64,000 nucleotides of DNA from Patescibacteria group bacterium (GCA_050953885.1 JBMNNJ010000002.1:41586-105585), one strand, 5' to 3'; positions 16,869 through 26,498 are shown, numbered from the stretch's first letter. Made by a program: numbers and translations. Notes: generated by a model from the sequence alone, not told the origin.

Positions 16869-19800
16869 TTACCGCGCTGTGTCCATTATACTATTAATAT
16901 TATCTTTTTCAGCCCCTAATTGGTTGGCCTCATTATCTTTTGCCTCTAAAGGTTTTTCTTCTTCTGCGGGTTTTTCTTCCTCTGTTTTTACCTCCTCTTC
17001 TTTAGTAACCACCGCCAAGCCCAAGCTCTTAAGCTCGGAAAGCAAAACCTTAAACGACTCCGGCACTTTTGATTCCGGAATATCCGTGCCTTTAACAATC
17101 GCCTCAAACGCCTTGGCCCGACCCACCACATCGTCGCTTTTAATCGTCAACATTTCCTGCAACATATGCGCCGCCCGATGCGCCTCCAGTCCCCAAACCT
17201 CCATTTCTCCAAAACGCTGGCCACCCATTTGCGCCTTGCCTCCCAACGGTTGCTGGGTTACCAAAGAATATGGGCCAATGGAACGGGCGTGAACCTTATC
17301 CTCCACCATATGCAAAAGCTTTAAAATATAGGCCACACCAACAACCGCTCTCTCCTCTAACGGCTCGCCAGTGCGACCGTCATAAAGAACTGTTTTATAA
17401 TCTTTATCTAAACCTGCCTTTTCAAATTCCCCTTGTAAAAACTGCTCATCGAATTTCTCAAAAACCGGTACGGCCACCTTATAACCTAATTTTTGCGCCA
17501 CCAAACCCAGATGAGCTTCCAAAAGCTGGCCCAAATTCATCCGCGCCAAAACCGAAAGAGGAGAAATAATGATATCTACCGGCGTCCCGTCAGCAAGATA
17601 AGGCATATCCGCCGCGGGCACAATTTTAGAGATAACTCCCTTATTGCCATGCCGCCCTGCCAGTTTATCACCTTCGCGGATTTTTCTTGTTTGCGCCACC
17701 CAAACGGTAATCACTTTTATCACCCCGGGAGAAAATCCCTCTTCATCTTCTTGCCGGTCCAAAACCTCTACTCGCACCACCGTTCCTTCCACCCCGTGGG
17801 GAAGACGCAAAGAGGTATCCCGCACTTCCCGCGCTTTCTCGCCAAAAATAGCCCGCAAAAGCCTTTCCTCGGCCGTTAACTCCGTTTCTCCTTTGGGGGC
17901 GATTTTGCCCACCAGAATATCATTAGCCTGAACAAAAGACCCCACCGTAACCAAACCATCTTCACCCAAGTTTGCCAGCTCTTCTTCGGCCACATTGGGA
18001 ATATCCCGCGTTAGCTCCTCCGGCCCCAGTTTTGTCTCCGCCACCTCACAAGAAAATTCATGAATGGTTATCGACGTAAAGGTGTCTTCCTTAACTAACC
18101 GGTCGGAAATAACAATCGCGTCTTCAAAGCCCAAGCCTTCATACGAGCAGTAGGCAATTAAAAGGTTTTTCCCCAAGGCCAACTCACCACCATCGCAGGC
18201 TGGTCCGTCAATTAGCACCTCGCCCTTTTTTATTTCCTCGCCCGCCGCCACTTGAGGCTTTTGCGAATAACAAGTTCCATAAGGAGAAGTCCGCTTAAAT
18301 TTCTCCAGATAATAAATTTCCTTATCGCCTTCTATTTTAACCGTCGACACTCCCCTTTCTTCCTCTTCGGCATTAATCTCTTTGGGATTAATTTTAACCA
18401 CCACCTTACTGCTGTCGGCAAAAATTACCCGGCCGGAATGACGCGCCCGCGCCACCCAGCCCATTTGCTCCGGGACCACTGCCTCCATGCCCGTGCCTAC
18501 CACTGGAGCTTCGGTTTTCACCAAAGGCACCGCCTGACATTCCATGTGTGATCCCATCAACGCCCGCGCCGGCTCATCATGATCTAAAAAAGGAATCAAA
18601 GAAGCCGAAGCACCCACCACCTGCTGGGGGCAAATATCAATTAGCTGGACCTTTTCTACCGGCACCTCCAAAAATTCTCCCCCAAAACGCGCCGGCACTA
18701 AAGAGGGAATTAAAAAACCTTCTTCATCACGAGCAATATCGCCGCTGGTAATATAATATTTTTCTTCATCATCAGGGGGAAGATAAATAATCTCCTCCTC
18801 AATTTTCATTCGTGTTTTTCCATCTTTTTTAACCGGGGCTACCTTTTTATAAGGCGTCTCCAAGAAACCATATTCGTTAACGCGGGCATAGCAAGCAAGA
18901 TAGGTAACCAAGCCAATGTTTTGCCCTTCCGGACTTCTTACCGGACAAATACGGCCATATTGGGAAGAAGAAATATCCCGAATCGAGAAGGGCGCCCTTT
19001 CCCGCGTTAGCCCGCCCGGCCCCATTACCGATAAACGCCGCAAATTGTCAAGCTCCGACAGGGGATTGGTTTGATCCAAAATTGTCGAGAGCCGGTTAAC
19101 CCGGAAAAATTCATTAATTGAGGCAATCAATGGCTGGCTGTTCACCAAGAAAGAAAGGTTAACCGTTTTGGGGTCCAAAAGAGCCAAACGTTGCCGGAGC
19201 ATGCGTTCAAACCGCAACAAACCAAGCCGATAAGGAACTTGGGCCAAAAGTGTGCCAACACAACGGACATAACGATTAGCCAGATGATCAATATCATCGG
19301 TCTTGCCCCCTTCTCCCTTCTGAAGGGTAATTAAATACTTAAGAGTGGCCACTAAATCTTCCCGTTTTAAGGTCCAGTTTTTAGGCTCGTTGGGAATCTC
19401 CAAACCCAACCGTTTGTTAATTTTATAACGGCCTGTTTTATCCAAACTATAGCGCCGCGGGTCAAAAAAGAGGCTGTTAAAAAACTCCTGGGCTTTTTCT
19501 AAAATTACCGGCTCGCCGGGGCGCATCCGCCGATAAATTTCCATTATCGCCTCCTGACGGGTTTTCGTGTTATCGGCCTCAATCGTCGGCATGAGGAAAT
19601 CGGAAAATTCGTGAATCAGCTCTTCATCGCTTTCTATCCCCAGCCCCCGCAGAAGAAGGGTGACGGGCAGTTTGCGCCGTCGGTCAATTCGCATCCAAAT
19701 TGTTTCGTTGGGAGCCACCAAAAATTCCAGCCATGAACCAAAAAGGGGCCTAATTTCCGCCTGACTTAAAAGCCGGCTCGTCCGCTTATCTACCTCTTGG

Positions 19801-20240
19801 GTAAAATAAACACCCGGCGCGCGGGTGATTTGAGAAACAAGGCAACGCTCCACCCCGTTAATAATAAACGTTCCCCGCGCCGTCATTTGGGGCAGGTCAA
19901 AAAGATAAACTCTTTTTTGCCAACTCTGGTTTGTGGGTTTATAAAGCAAAGAGGCTTCTGTTTCCACCGCCACCGTGTAGGAGAGATTGCGCCGCCGCGC
20001 TTCTTTTTCCGAACGCAAGGGTTCGGAAATATAAACGTTATCAAAAGAAAGCTCCCAATTGCCGCTTTGATCAACCACCGGGGAAATATTTGCCAACCCA
20101 CGCGCTAAATCTTGCGCCAAAAATTTCTCCCAAGATTCTTTCTGCACCGCCAAAAGATCCAAGGGAGGAAGCCGGTGATAGTTTCTGCCTAAAAAAACGC
20201 GTTTGTTTTTCACTTTACGCCTAAGAAAAAATAGCCACAA
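16869..20240 (-). CDS. rpoB: DNA-directed RNA polymerase subunit beta (exact start codon uncertain; an internal GTG or ATG is possible)
   Basis: The 1123 aa ORF has the Rif-cluster region (LSELDNLRRLSVMGPGGLTRERA), GDKLAGRHGNKGVISKI and MPYLADGTPVDII motifs. Confidence 0.97.
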   Translation of the reverse strand: MWLFFLRRKVKNKRVFLGRNYHRLPPLDLLAVQKESWEKFLAQDLARGLANISPVVDQSGNWELSFDNVYISEPLRSEKEARRRNLSYTVAVETEASLLYKPTNQSWQKRVYLFDLPQMTARGTFIINGVERCLVSQITRAPGVYFTQEVDKRTSRLLSQAEIRPLFGSWLEFLVAPNETIWMRIDRRRKLPVTLLLRGLGIESDEELIHEFSDFLMPTIEADNTKTRQEAIMEIYRRMRPGEPVILEKAQEFFNSLFFDPRRYSLDKTGRYKINKRLGLEIPNEPKNWTLKREDLVATLKYLITLQKGEGGKTDDIDHLANRYVRCVGTLLAQVPYRLGLLRFERMLRQRLALLDPKTVNLSFLVNSQPLIASINEFFRVNRLSTILDQTNPLSELDNLRRLSVMGPGGLTRERAPFSIRDISSSQYGRICPVRSPEGQNIGLVTYLACYARVNEYGFLETPYKKVAPVKKDGKTRMKIEEEIIYLPPDDEEKYYITSGDIARDEEGFLIPSLVPARFGGEFLEVPVEKVQLIDICPQQVVGASASLIPFLDHDEPARALMGSHMECQAVPLVKTEAPVVGTGMEAVVPEQMGWVARARHSGRVIFADSSKVVVKINPKEINAEEEERGVSTVKIEGDKEIYYLEKFKRTSPYGTCYSQKPQVAAGEEIKKGEVLIDGPACDGGELALGKNLLIAYCSYEGLGFEDAIVISDRLVKEDTFTSITIHEFSCEVAETKLGPEELTRDIPNVAEEELANLGEDGLVTVGSFVQANDILVGKIAPKGETELTAEERLLRAIFGEKAREVRDTSLRLPHGVEGTVVRVEVLDRQEDEEGFSPGVIKVITVWVAQTRKIREGDKLAGRHGNKGVISKIVPAADMPYLADGTPVDIIISPLSVLARMNLGQLLEAHLGLVAQKLGYKVAVPVFEKFDEQFLQGEFEKAGLDKDYKTVLYDGRTGEPLEERAVVGVAYILKLLHMVEDKVHARSIGPYSLVTQQPLGGKAQMGGQRFGEMEVWGLEAHRAAHMLQEMLTIKSDDVVGRAKAFEAIVKGTDIPESKVPESFKVLLSELKSLGLAVVTKEEEVKTEEEKPAEEEKPLEAKDNEANQLGAEKDNINSIMDTAR

Positions 20241-20363
20241 AAAAATTCCCTTTTTTCAGGGAATATTTCTTCTGGCTATAGCTAATTTAATTTAAGGGAA
20301 ATCACGTAAGCCGTATTTTACTCGCCAATTTTCTTTCCGTCAAGGGGAAAAAAGTTATTTTCT

Positions 20364-20392
20364 ACTATATCACACTATTTTTGGTTTAGCAA
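20364..20392 (-). promoter_or_regulatory. candidate rpoB promoter, TTGCTA-N17-TGaTATAGT (extended -10) on the minus strand
   Basis: The minus-strand reading is gTTGCTAaaccaaaaatagtgTGaTATAGTag. It lies about 125-150 nt upstream of the rpoB start. Confidence 0.45.
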
Positions 20393-20595
20393 CTATCATT
20401 CTTGACTCTTTGCGCCTTCTATTTACACCTCTGGAAAAACCCAGCTCTTCCCGCTTACAGCAACGTGATAACGAATACTTTAGCTTTCCCTTTTTTAATA
20501 AATTGCTTATTATATAGTAATTTAGTTTTTTAAAAAGTTAACACCCGCTGGTAAATAATATTAATGCCGCCAATGTGTTTGACTTATACAAAAAA

Positions 20596-20624
20596 TTGAC
20601 ATTTCTTCTCAATCCTGCTATAAC
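20596..20624 (+). promoter_or_regulatory. near-consensus sigma70 promoter (TTGACA-N17-TATAAC) driving a plus-strand transcript
   Basis: TTGACA at 20596-20601, an exactly 17 nt spacer, and TATAAC at 20619-20624. About 400 nt downstream are ORF-free on both strands, then a small ORF with a strong SD. Confidence 0.55.
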
Positions 20625-20630
20625 TCCAAT

Positions 20631-21020
20631 TAATTTAGAATTAAGGAATCAACAGCGATTCCCCTAAGCTCTAATGGTTCTTTGAAATATTCAGTTGTTG
20701 CATGGGATAGTTGATCCATCTCAAAGGCGAGGTGGGGAAACTATAAACACCCTAAGAAGATCCTTGGAAGAGAATCTTTGGAAAGATTAAAGCCAAGAGT
20801 CCCTCTTTATTGCCAAAACAGGCGTTTCTGTCTTAACTGACAGCTAAGAGCCACTAACCCCAAAGGGGTTTAAAAAAAGGCAAGAAGGGCAACTTACCGC
20901 TGAAAATCTTAACAAGAGACTCTGACAAGCATCGAAGCCCGATTGGCGGGAAACTGATTAGGCAATCCAAAACAGCGGATTAAATCTAATCAGGCAAACC
21001 TTTTCTTCACTTGAAAGGAG
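20631..21020 (+). ncRNA. candidate structured 5-prime leader or independent small RNA (unclassified); ORF-free, with several local hairpins
   Basis: No ORF of 60 aa or more on either strand between the promoter and the ORF at 21027. Local stems include ggaatcAACAGCgattcc, ctgtcTTAACTgacag and ccccAAAgggg followed by TTT at about 20858-20871. This could be a cis-regulatory leader or a sRNA that terminates at about 20871. Confidence 0.3.
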
Positions 21021-21026
21021 TGAAAA

Positions 21027-21254
21027 ATGGCAGGACCGTTGGGCGGTGGGTTTGGGAGAAACCCCTTTGGGGATCCTTTCGGAAGTCCTCCTGGCTACCC
21101 CTCAATACAAGTAGGGGGCAGAACAATGTACCCCGATATCCAAGGAGAACTTCATAACACCAAGGCCGAGGCAATTCTCGCCAACCAACGCTTTGAAGAA
21201 AACTTCAATCACGTTACTGGCGGTAATTGCGGTCAAGATCCCGACAGGGCCTAG
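21027..21254 (+). CDS. small Gly/Pro-rich protein (75 aa), function unknown
   Basis: A strong Shine-Dalgarno (GAAAGGAG, 7 nt before the ATG). The product is MAGPLGGGFGRNPFGDPFGSPPGYPS..., with no signal peptide. It lies in an AT-rich island. Confidence 0.45.
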   Translation: MAGPLGGGFGRNPFGDPFGSPPGYPSIQVGGRTMYPDIQGELHNTKAEAILANQRFEENFNHVTGGNCGQDPDRA

Positions 21255-21372
21255 GGGTAGAAAAAGTTCCAATAACTGAATAAGTGGTAAAATAAGAAAG
21301 AAGATTGTCGCTAAAGCGATATCCATGTTACCACCATGGTAGGTAAAAAACCCAATCTTCTTTCTTTCTCTC

Positions 21373-22674
21373 TTACTTAAAAACTGAAATCGCCTTTTCA
21401 ATTTCATCTTTCTTTAAATTTCCCATCAAACCAATATTTATCTTTGAAAAATCAAAAATTTCTTGCACTAAACAGTCAATCTCTTCTTTTGATATTTTTT
21501 CAACTATCCTCATATATTCCTCCGGAAGTCGGATTTTCCTACCCGCAAGCTCCTCTCCTACCACCCAATCGGCAATTTGTAACGGCGTTTCAAAATTGAA
21601 ACAAACAATATTCCTTCGATATAAATTCTTTGCTTTTTGCGTTTCCTTCTTTTGGACGCCATTTTTCTTAATCTTTTCCAACTCTTTCTTAATTAATTGC
21701 ATTGAGAGAGAAAGATTTTCTTTAGCCACCGAACCACCGATAATAAATTCTCCCATAAAAGGAAAGTCTACGGTATCGCTACCAACAGAATAAACTAAAT
21801 TATTATTTTCTCTCAAAAGCTTTGCTAGCCTTGATGAAGGGCTATCGCCGACAATAAAACTTAAAAGCCCCAACCAAAGAAGCTTTCTCATTTTTACTTC
21901 CTTAAAGCCAAAGGTGGGAAAAGTGAGGAGAAATCTAATTTGGTTTGATTTTTCTTTCTGATAATAAGTTAAAAAATCAGAGTAAGTAATTTTTAAACGA
22001 GAAGGTTCTTCAATTTTTTCAGTGTTTTTCTTCTTACCAAAACTGTTTTTAATTTTCATCATTATTTTCCTTTGATTAAAATTACCCGCAACAGAAAGAA
22101 TCATATTAGCTGGTTGATAATATTTATTTTTCCAAGCTAAAAGTTTTTCCCTCGTAAACGATTGGATTGTTTCTGGTCTGCCCAAAGAATCATATTGATA
22201 AACGTTCTCGCCTCTCATTCTTCTTAAAAACATTTTTTGTTTAAATTTGTTCTGGGGTTCCGACCAGTAACCAAAATATTCGCTTAAAACAATTTTCTTA
22301 ACATGATTAAGCCGCGAGGCAGGCAGGGTAGGAAGGAAAACAAGCTCATATAAAAAATCAAGCGCCTTTTCTCCTTTCTCAGAAGGAGAGTCTACATAAT
22401 AAACAGTACTAAACCTACCAGATTGCGCATTTTGATACATTCCCTCAAATTCGATCGCTTCTGAAAGAAGTTCAAAGCTTTTATAATTTTTGGTCCCCTG
22501 ATGAATAAAATGCTCTAAAAAGTGAGAAATACCATTATTTTTTCTGTCTTCGTTAACGGTCCCAACCTTAACATACAGGCTGACATAAAAAGTTTTCACC
22601 GTTTTTATATTAACAAGAAACACCGTTAACCCATTGGGGAGGAGCAGTTTCCGGTAAGGAAGTTTCCTATTCAT
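21373..22674 (-). CDS. M16-family (pitrilysin/insulinase-like) zinc peptidase
   Basis: The 433 aa ORF has the inverted zinc-binding motif HxxEH (GISHFLEHFIHQGT) near its N-terminus. Its codons are visibly AT-richer than those of the ribosomal genes. Confidence 0.8.
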   Translation of the reverse strand: MNRKLPYRKLLLPNGLTVFLVNIKTVKTFYVSLYVKVGTVNEDRKNNGISHFLEHFIHQGTKNYKSFELLSEAIEFEGMYQNAQSGRFSTVYYVDSPSEKGEKALDFLYELVFLPTLPASRLNHVKKIVLSEYFGYWSEPQNKFKQKMFLRRMRGENVYQYDSLGRPETIQSFTREKLLAWKNKYYQPANMILSVAGNFNQRKIMMKIKNSFGKKKNTEKIEEPSRLKITYSDFLTYYQKEKSNQIRFLLTFPTFGFKEVKMRKLLWLGLLSFIVGDSPSSRLAKLLRENNNLVYSVGSDTVDFPFMGEFIIGGSVAKENLSLSMQLIKKELEKIKKNGVQKKETQKAKNLYRRNIVCFNFETPLQIADWVVGEELAGRKIRLPEEYMRIVEKISKEEIDCLVQEIFDFSKINIGLMGNLKKDEIEKAISVFK

Positions 22675-23006
22675 AGCACAATTTTAGCATATTCTCGCCG
22701 TATTTTCGTAACAGTGCAAGTTCTAAAAACAATGGCCACTCTCTAGACAGTTAAAACATTATAGTTACACCTTAGAGGTGAGTTTCTATTTACACCTCCG
22801 GTATTTTGCCTGCGTTTAGACCCTAGCAATCAGTAGACTATAATTACGGATACAAGAATAAAAAATAAAAGTAATTGCTCAGCTTTTACGGCAAAACTAG
22901 CCCTTAACTTATTCTGAAGTTATTCAACCCCTAAAGCTGACAAGCTTTCCAAAACCCAAAAACCTCGGGAAATCAACTAACTTTTAGCCCACGGCTTGCT
23001 TCGCCA

Positions 23007-24803
23007 TTACCAGCTACCGCCCCCTCCGCCGCCAAAACCACCACCAGATGAGCCGCCGGAGGAGCCGCCACCGGAAAACCCCGAACCCCCCGACCATGAA
23101 GATTTCCCTGACGGTGAAGAAGATAAAGCCGTGGTTGAGCTCTTGTAAAAACCGCGCCAGTCGCTATAAAAACTGGCCGCCACTGCCCCTTCAAAATAAT
23201 CGGGCGGCTTAACCCCTAAATCTGCCATCTCCTTAGCTAATTTCTCTACCACTCCCAAAGAAATGGCTAAAGGCAAGATTTCCTCTAAAAACAAATGCTT
23301 TTCGGCAATTTCTTCCCGCCATTTACTTTTATTAATATACCACTGAAGGCCTTCAATTTGGCGATAAAGAGAATATCCCCAAGCTGTCCGCCGCGGCATT
23401 GACTTCGCCATTAAAATCGTCGGCACCAAAAAGAGAAAAAACAAAACCAACGGAACGCTGCCGGCAAAAGAAATAAAAGAACTTAAGAGCAGAACAAAAT
23501 CTCCCAAAAGCATTATTATCGCTATCGTCAGCCATTTAGCCCTGACCGTCTCCGGATTACCAACAAAAATTTTCTCCTCGACTAAATTTTTATAAAGCTT
23601 TTTCTTAAATTCGGAAAGATATTTATAAAAATTATTTTTCAGATCAGACAAGGAAACTTCCTTGCTATGGGCAAATAAACTTAGCAAAAGATATTGCTGA
23701 TAATCTTTCAGCTTGTTCTTATCTTTTTCTTTCTTAATAAAAAGATAATCGGTTTTCTTGCCAATCAAACCCTTCTTTTCTGTCTTTTTAATATGCAAAT
23801 ATCCTAATCGCGCCATTTCCACAATTTCCGCCACCACATCCTGAATATCCACCTTCTCATCAATAATTGTCCCCGCTTGGGCAGGAGTCAGGTTATCAAG
23901 GGGAGAGTAAACTGTCGGTAAATAATCGCGATGAAAAAGGGGCACCGTCTCGGTTTTTTCCTCTTCGGGCTGATAATAAATATTATCGGTTAAGTATTTT
24001 TTATCACGACCTTTCTTATACCAAAAAGCAAATATTATCAAAAAAGGGGTAATCGCCGCTAAATAGCCCCAATTATCGGTTAAGAAATTAACCATTCTCT
24101 TAATTAACCCCGGAAATTTGAGCTGATTGTCTTTACTCAAGGCAACCACGATGGTAAAATCATCGCCCGGATTAAGAGAAACACTTGAAGTAAAAACCGC
24201 CTCTTGAGAGTTAAAATCACCCGTACACTGTTCTTCCTTGCTGCCAAAAGGCCCGCTAAAGCAGGCAATTTTAGTAATCGGGGCAAAGGGGGAAACAACT
24301 TTGGCGGAAGATTTTTTAATGATCGTGTCCCACTCATGACCGGTTACATTCCAATAAACCTCATCATGATCTTCATACGGCAGTAAAACTTCACTGATCG
24401 TGTATTTAATCACGTAAATATGGGGGCCGGTAATCGTTTCTTGCGGATCGCCAATTTTAAGATTAATACTTTGCCGATAGCGGCTTTCCTCATAATGATA
24501 ATCTTTGCCCATCTCGTCGGTTATGGAAACTACTTTTAAATTAGCGCGAATTGTTCTGCCGCCACTATTATAAATAACGGGGATAACCCGGAAAATCCCG
24601 TGTTTGGGAACAGAAAAATGGACACTAATTCTTTCTTCTACTGTTAAGGAAGTGTCCTGATTAACGGTAATCTCGCTGGAAAAATCCTCAATGGTATATT
24701 CCGACGATGCTACTGCCGCCGCTTCGGCAGGCAAAACTGCCAAGAAGAAAAAAGAAGAAAGAAGAAAGAAAAAAAGCAAAAAGAGTTTTTTCATCTTTAA
24801 CAA
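23007..24803 (-). CDS. DUF2207-like envelope membrane protein (signal peptide, extracellular domain, TM segments, Gly/Ser-rich C-terminal tail)
   Basis: The 598 aa ORF has a signal peptide (MKKLFLLFFFLLSSFFFLAVLPAEA), internal TM helices and a C-terminal tail SGGSGFSGGGSSGGSSGGGFGGGGGGSW, which is typical of DUF2207 proteins. Confidence 0.65.
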   Translation of the reverse strand: MLKMKKLFLLFFFLLSSFFFLAVLPAEAAAVASSEYTIEDFSSEITVNQDTSLTVEERISVHFSVPKHGIFRVIPVIYNSGGRTIRANLKVVSITDEMGKDYHYEESRYRQSINLKIGDPQETITGPHIYVIKYTISEVLLPYEDHDEVYWNVTGHEWDTIIKKSSAKVVSPFAPITKIACFSGPFGSKEEQCTGDFNSQEAVFTSSVSLNPGDDFTIVVALSKDNQLKFPGLIKRMVNFLTDNWGYLAAITPFLIIFAFWYKKGRDKKYLTDNIYYQPEEEKTETVPLFHRDYLPTVYSPLDNLTPAQAGTIIDEKVDIQDVVAEIVEMARLGYLHIKKTEKKGLIGKKTDYLFIKKEKDKNKLKDYQQYLLLSLFAHSKEVSLSDLKNNFYKYLSEFKKKLYKNLVEEKIFVGNPETVRAKWLTIAIIMLLGDFVLLLSSFISFAGSVPLVLFFLFLVPTILMAKSMPRRTAWGYSLYRQIEGLQWYINKSKWREEIAEKHLFLEEILPLAISLGVVEKLAKEMADLGVKPPDYFEGAVAASFYSDWRGFYKSSTTALSSSPSGKSSWSGGSGFSGGGSSGGSSGGGFGGGGGGSW

Positions 24804-24896
24804 CTATCATATCACGTCCAAACTTCCCTAAAAACTGCCAAATAAAACTTAATTTACTTATTCTAAAAAAGCAGTTATACCTTAGAGGTGGGTTTC

Positions 24897-24957
24897 CCCG
24901 CCACAGCGGGGTCCGCCTTTGGCGGTCCGCTCGGGGCGGATCCCGCCACGGCGGGAC
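24897..24957. repeat. 61 bp GC-rich multi-hairpin insertion (CCCGCC-N3-4-GGCGGG type) splitting an otherwise conserved promoter-proximal motif
   Basis: Copy 1 of the motif (22778-22802) is uninterrupted. Copy 2 has ccccgccacagcggggtccgcctttggcggtccgctcggggcggatcccgccacggcgggac inserted between ggtttc and tatttacacc. A related GC-hairpin block with gactatttac is found at 52822-52862. Confidence 0.6.
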
Positions 24958-25110
24958 TATTTACACCTCTGGTATTTACGCCTTTTGGTATCAGTAGACT
25001 ATATTACGGATACAAGAATAAAAATATTTTCCCGCTTTCCCCAATTCAGGGCATTTTAAAAAAGGGAAATTGCCTTTTAGCCCCTAATTTGCGACGGGGA
25101 GCAAGGTTAA

Positions 25111-26178
25111 TCAGCTTTGGGCGTTGTTTGGCGCCGACTTAAAAATTATTTCCAAAATTGCTTCCGGGGAAGTTGGCGAGGCAACAAAGTTTGTTGTTTT
25201 GCTAAAGGCCTCTATTGCCTGAAAAATTTCGGGGTTATCCCAATTAGCCTCATTTTTAGTTAATGGCTCATCTTTGCGCCAGCTAAACAAAACTGCCGCC
25301 TTAACTGGCCAATTTCTTAAAGATTCCAGACCTTCCCTAAACCAAAAATAAGGATTTTCCAAGGCAGTACCCACTTCGGCGATAATCATCGGTTTTTTAC
25401 CCTTAGTGAGCCTTTGTAATTCTTTAAAATCTGGCCCAAAAAGCTGTTTAAAAGAAAAATTGGGGTTGAAGTGACGGGGTTCCAGCAGGTGCTCGGCATC
25501 AATAAGATTAACTCGGTGTTTGTTATAACCGTCTAAACCAACAATGTCTACCCATTCGTCTCCGGGATAATAAGGGGCAATTGCCGCCGCCCCAACCGTA
25601 ACATTGGGAGAAAAAACAAATTTAACGTTGGGAGCATAATGGCGAAAAAGGCCAACCAGATAACGCCAACTTCCCACAAAGTCTTCGGCCGTATTTATTT
25701 TTGCTCCGTGAGCAAACCAATTACCATTCATTTCATAAAAAGGCCGAAGCAAAACTGGTCCCGGTAAATTAGCAAAATCCTTGGCCCTCTTGACTAAAGA
25801 GTCTTCAAACATCATTGTTTTTGACAAGAGAAACTCACCATTAAAACCTTGTGGAGTAAAAGAAAGCATCGGTAATTTTCCCATTTCCAAAATTTGCCCA
25901 AGACAAGCTAGCCCCCAAGAAGATTCTAAACCATCTTCAAAAATATTAACAATAGAAGAGCAAGCGGGCCTCAAAAGGCTTAAATCATTTCTATCAGGCG
26001 CCATCCCAAAGACTAAGGAATCTGGTTGCCGAAGTTCATAATTGGGTTCGCCCACTCTCCCCAAGCCCTCTAATCTACTTAGCATATCGGGGCCAAATTG
26101 GGCGGTTACTCCGATTGCGCTGGCTCCCAAGGTAAGCATTTTTAAAAATTCTCGTCGGGAGGCGCTTTGCTCTTTCAT
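25111..26178 (-). CDS. Tat-secreted glycoside hydrolase (GH26/mannanase-like fold suspected)
   Basis: The 355 aa ORF has a twin-arginine signal (SRREFLKMLTLGASAIGVTA). The RPFYEMNGNWF motif resembles the GH26 catalytic-acid region. Family assignment is tentative. Confidence 0.5.
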   Translation of the reverse strand: MKEQSASRREFLKMLTLGASAIGVTAQFGPDMLSRLEGLGRVGEPNYELRQPDSLVFGMAPDRNDLSLLRPACSSIVNIFEDGLESSWGLACLGQILEMGKLPMLSFTPQGFNGEFLLSKTMMFEDSLVKRAKDFANLPGPVLLRPFYEMNGNWFAHGAKINTAEDFVGSWRYLVGLFRHYAPNVKFVFSPNVTVGAAAIAPYYPGDEWVDIVGLDGYNKHRVNLIDAEHLLEPRHFNPNFSFKQLFGPDFKELQRLTKGKKPMIIAEVGTALENPYFWFREGLESLRNWPVKAAVLFSWRKDEPLTKNEANWDNPEIFQAIEAFSKTTNFVASPTSPEAILEIIFKSAPNNAQS

Positions 26179-26291
26179 AGGGAAATTTAAAAATCCCGGG
26201 GCTTAAAGCTATTCAACCCCAGCGTTGACGACCCTCCCACTTATTGGCAAATCGGAGAAATACCGAGGCGTTAAGCGGAAATTGCCAAAAA

Positions 26292-26498
26292 TTACACCTC
26301 TTCAAACAAAGCCCGGCGGTATTTCTTGGTTTTGGGGTCATAAATATAAATCCGACCGCACTTACAGCTCACCTTTTTTGTCCCATCCTGACGCGTTTCT
26401 TCCTTCCCGTCTTTTAAGGGATTGCCGCAACCAACACACCGGCCTTGCGATAAAAGCCAAGCCTGTACTGGAGCAATAATATTTTTAAACATTTTCAT
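26292..26498 (-). CDS. small zinc-ribbon protein (68 aa; CxxC...CxC)
   Basis: The ORF has two Cys pairs (CVGCGNP ... CKCGRIY). It is co-oriented with and overlaps the end of ruvX by 14 nt. Confidence 0.4.
   Translation of the reverse strand: MKMFKNIIAPVQAWLLSQGRCVGCGNPLKDGKEETRQDGTKKVSCKCGRIYIYDPKTKKYRRALFEEV

Noticed and set aside
20640-21020. Tried to recognise the ORF-free leader as RNase P RNA, tmRNA, SRP RNA or a cobalamin riboswitch (GCCACTA resembles a B12 box).
   Set aside because: None of the diagnostic conserved segments (RNase P P4 helix, the tmRNA tag reading frame and acceptor, SRP domain IV, the full B12 box context) could be found by eye. It is left as an unclassified candidate pending a covariance-model scan.
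21102-21407. A 101 aa minus-strand ORF overlapping the small Gly/Pro-rich ORF.
   Set aside because: It is antisense to the ORF that has a strong SD, its product is hydrophobic low-complexity sequence, and it has no RBS.
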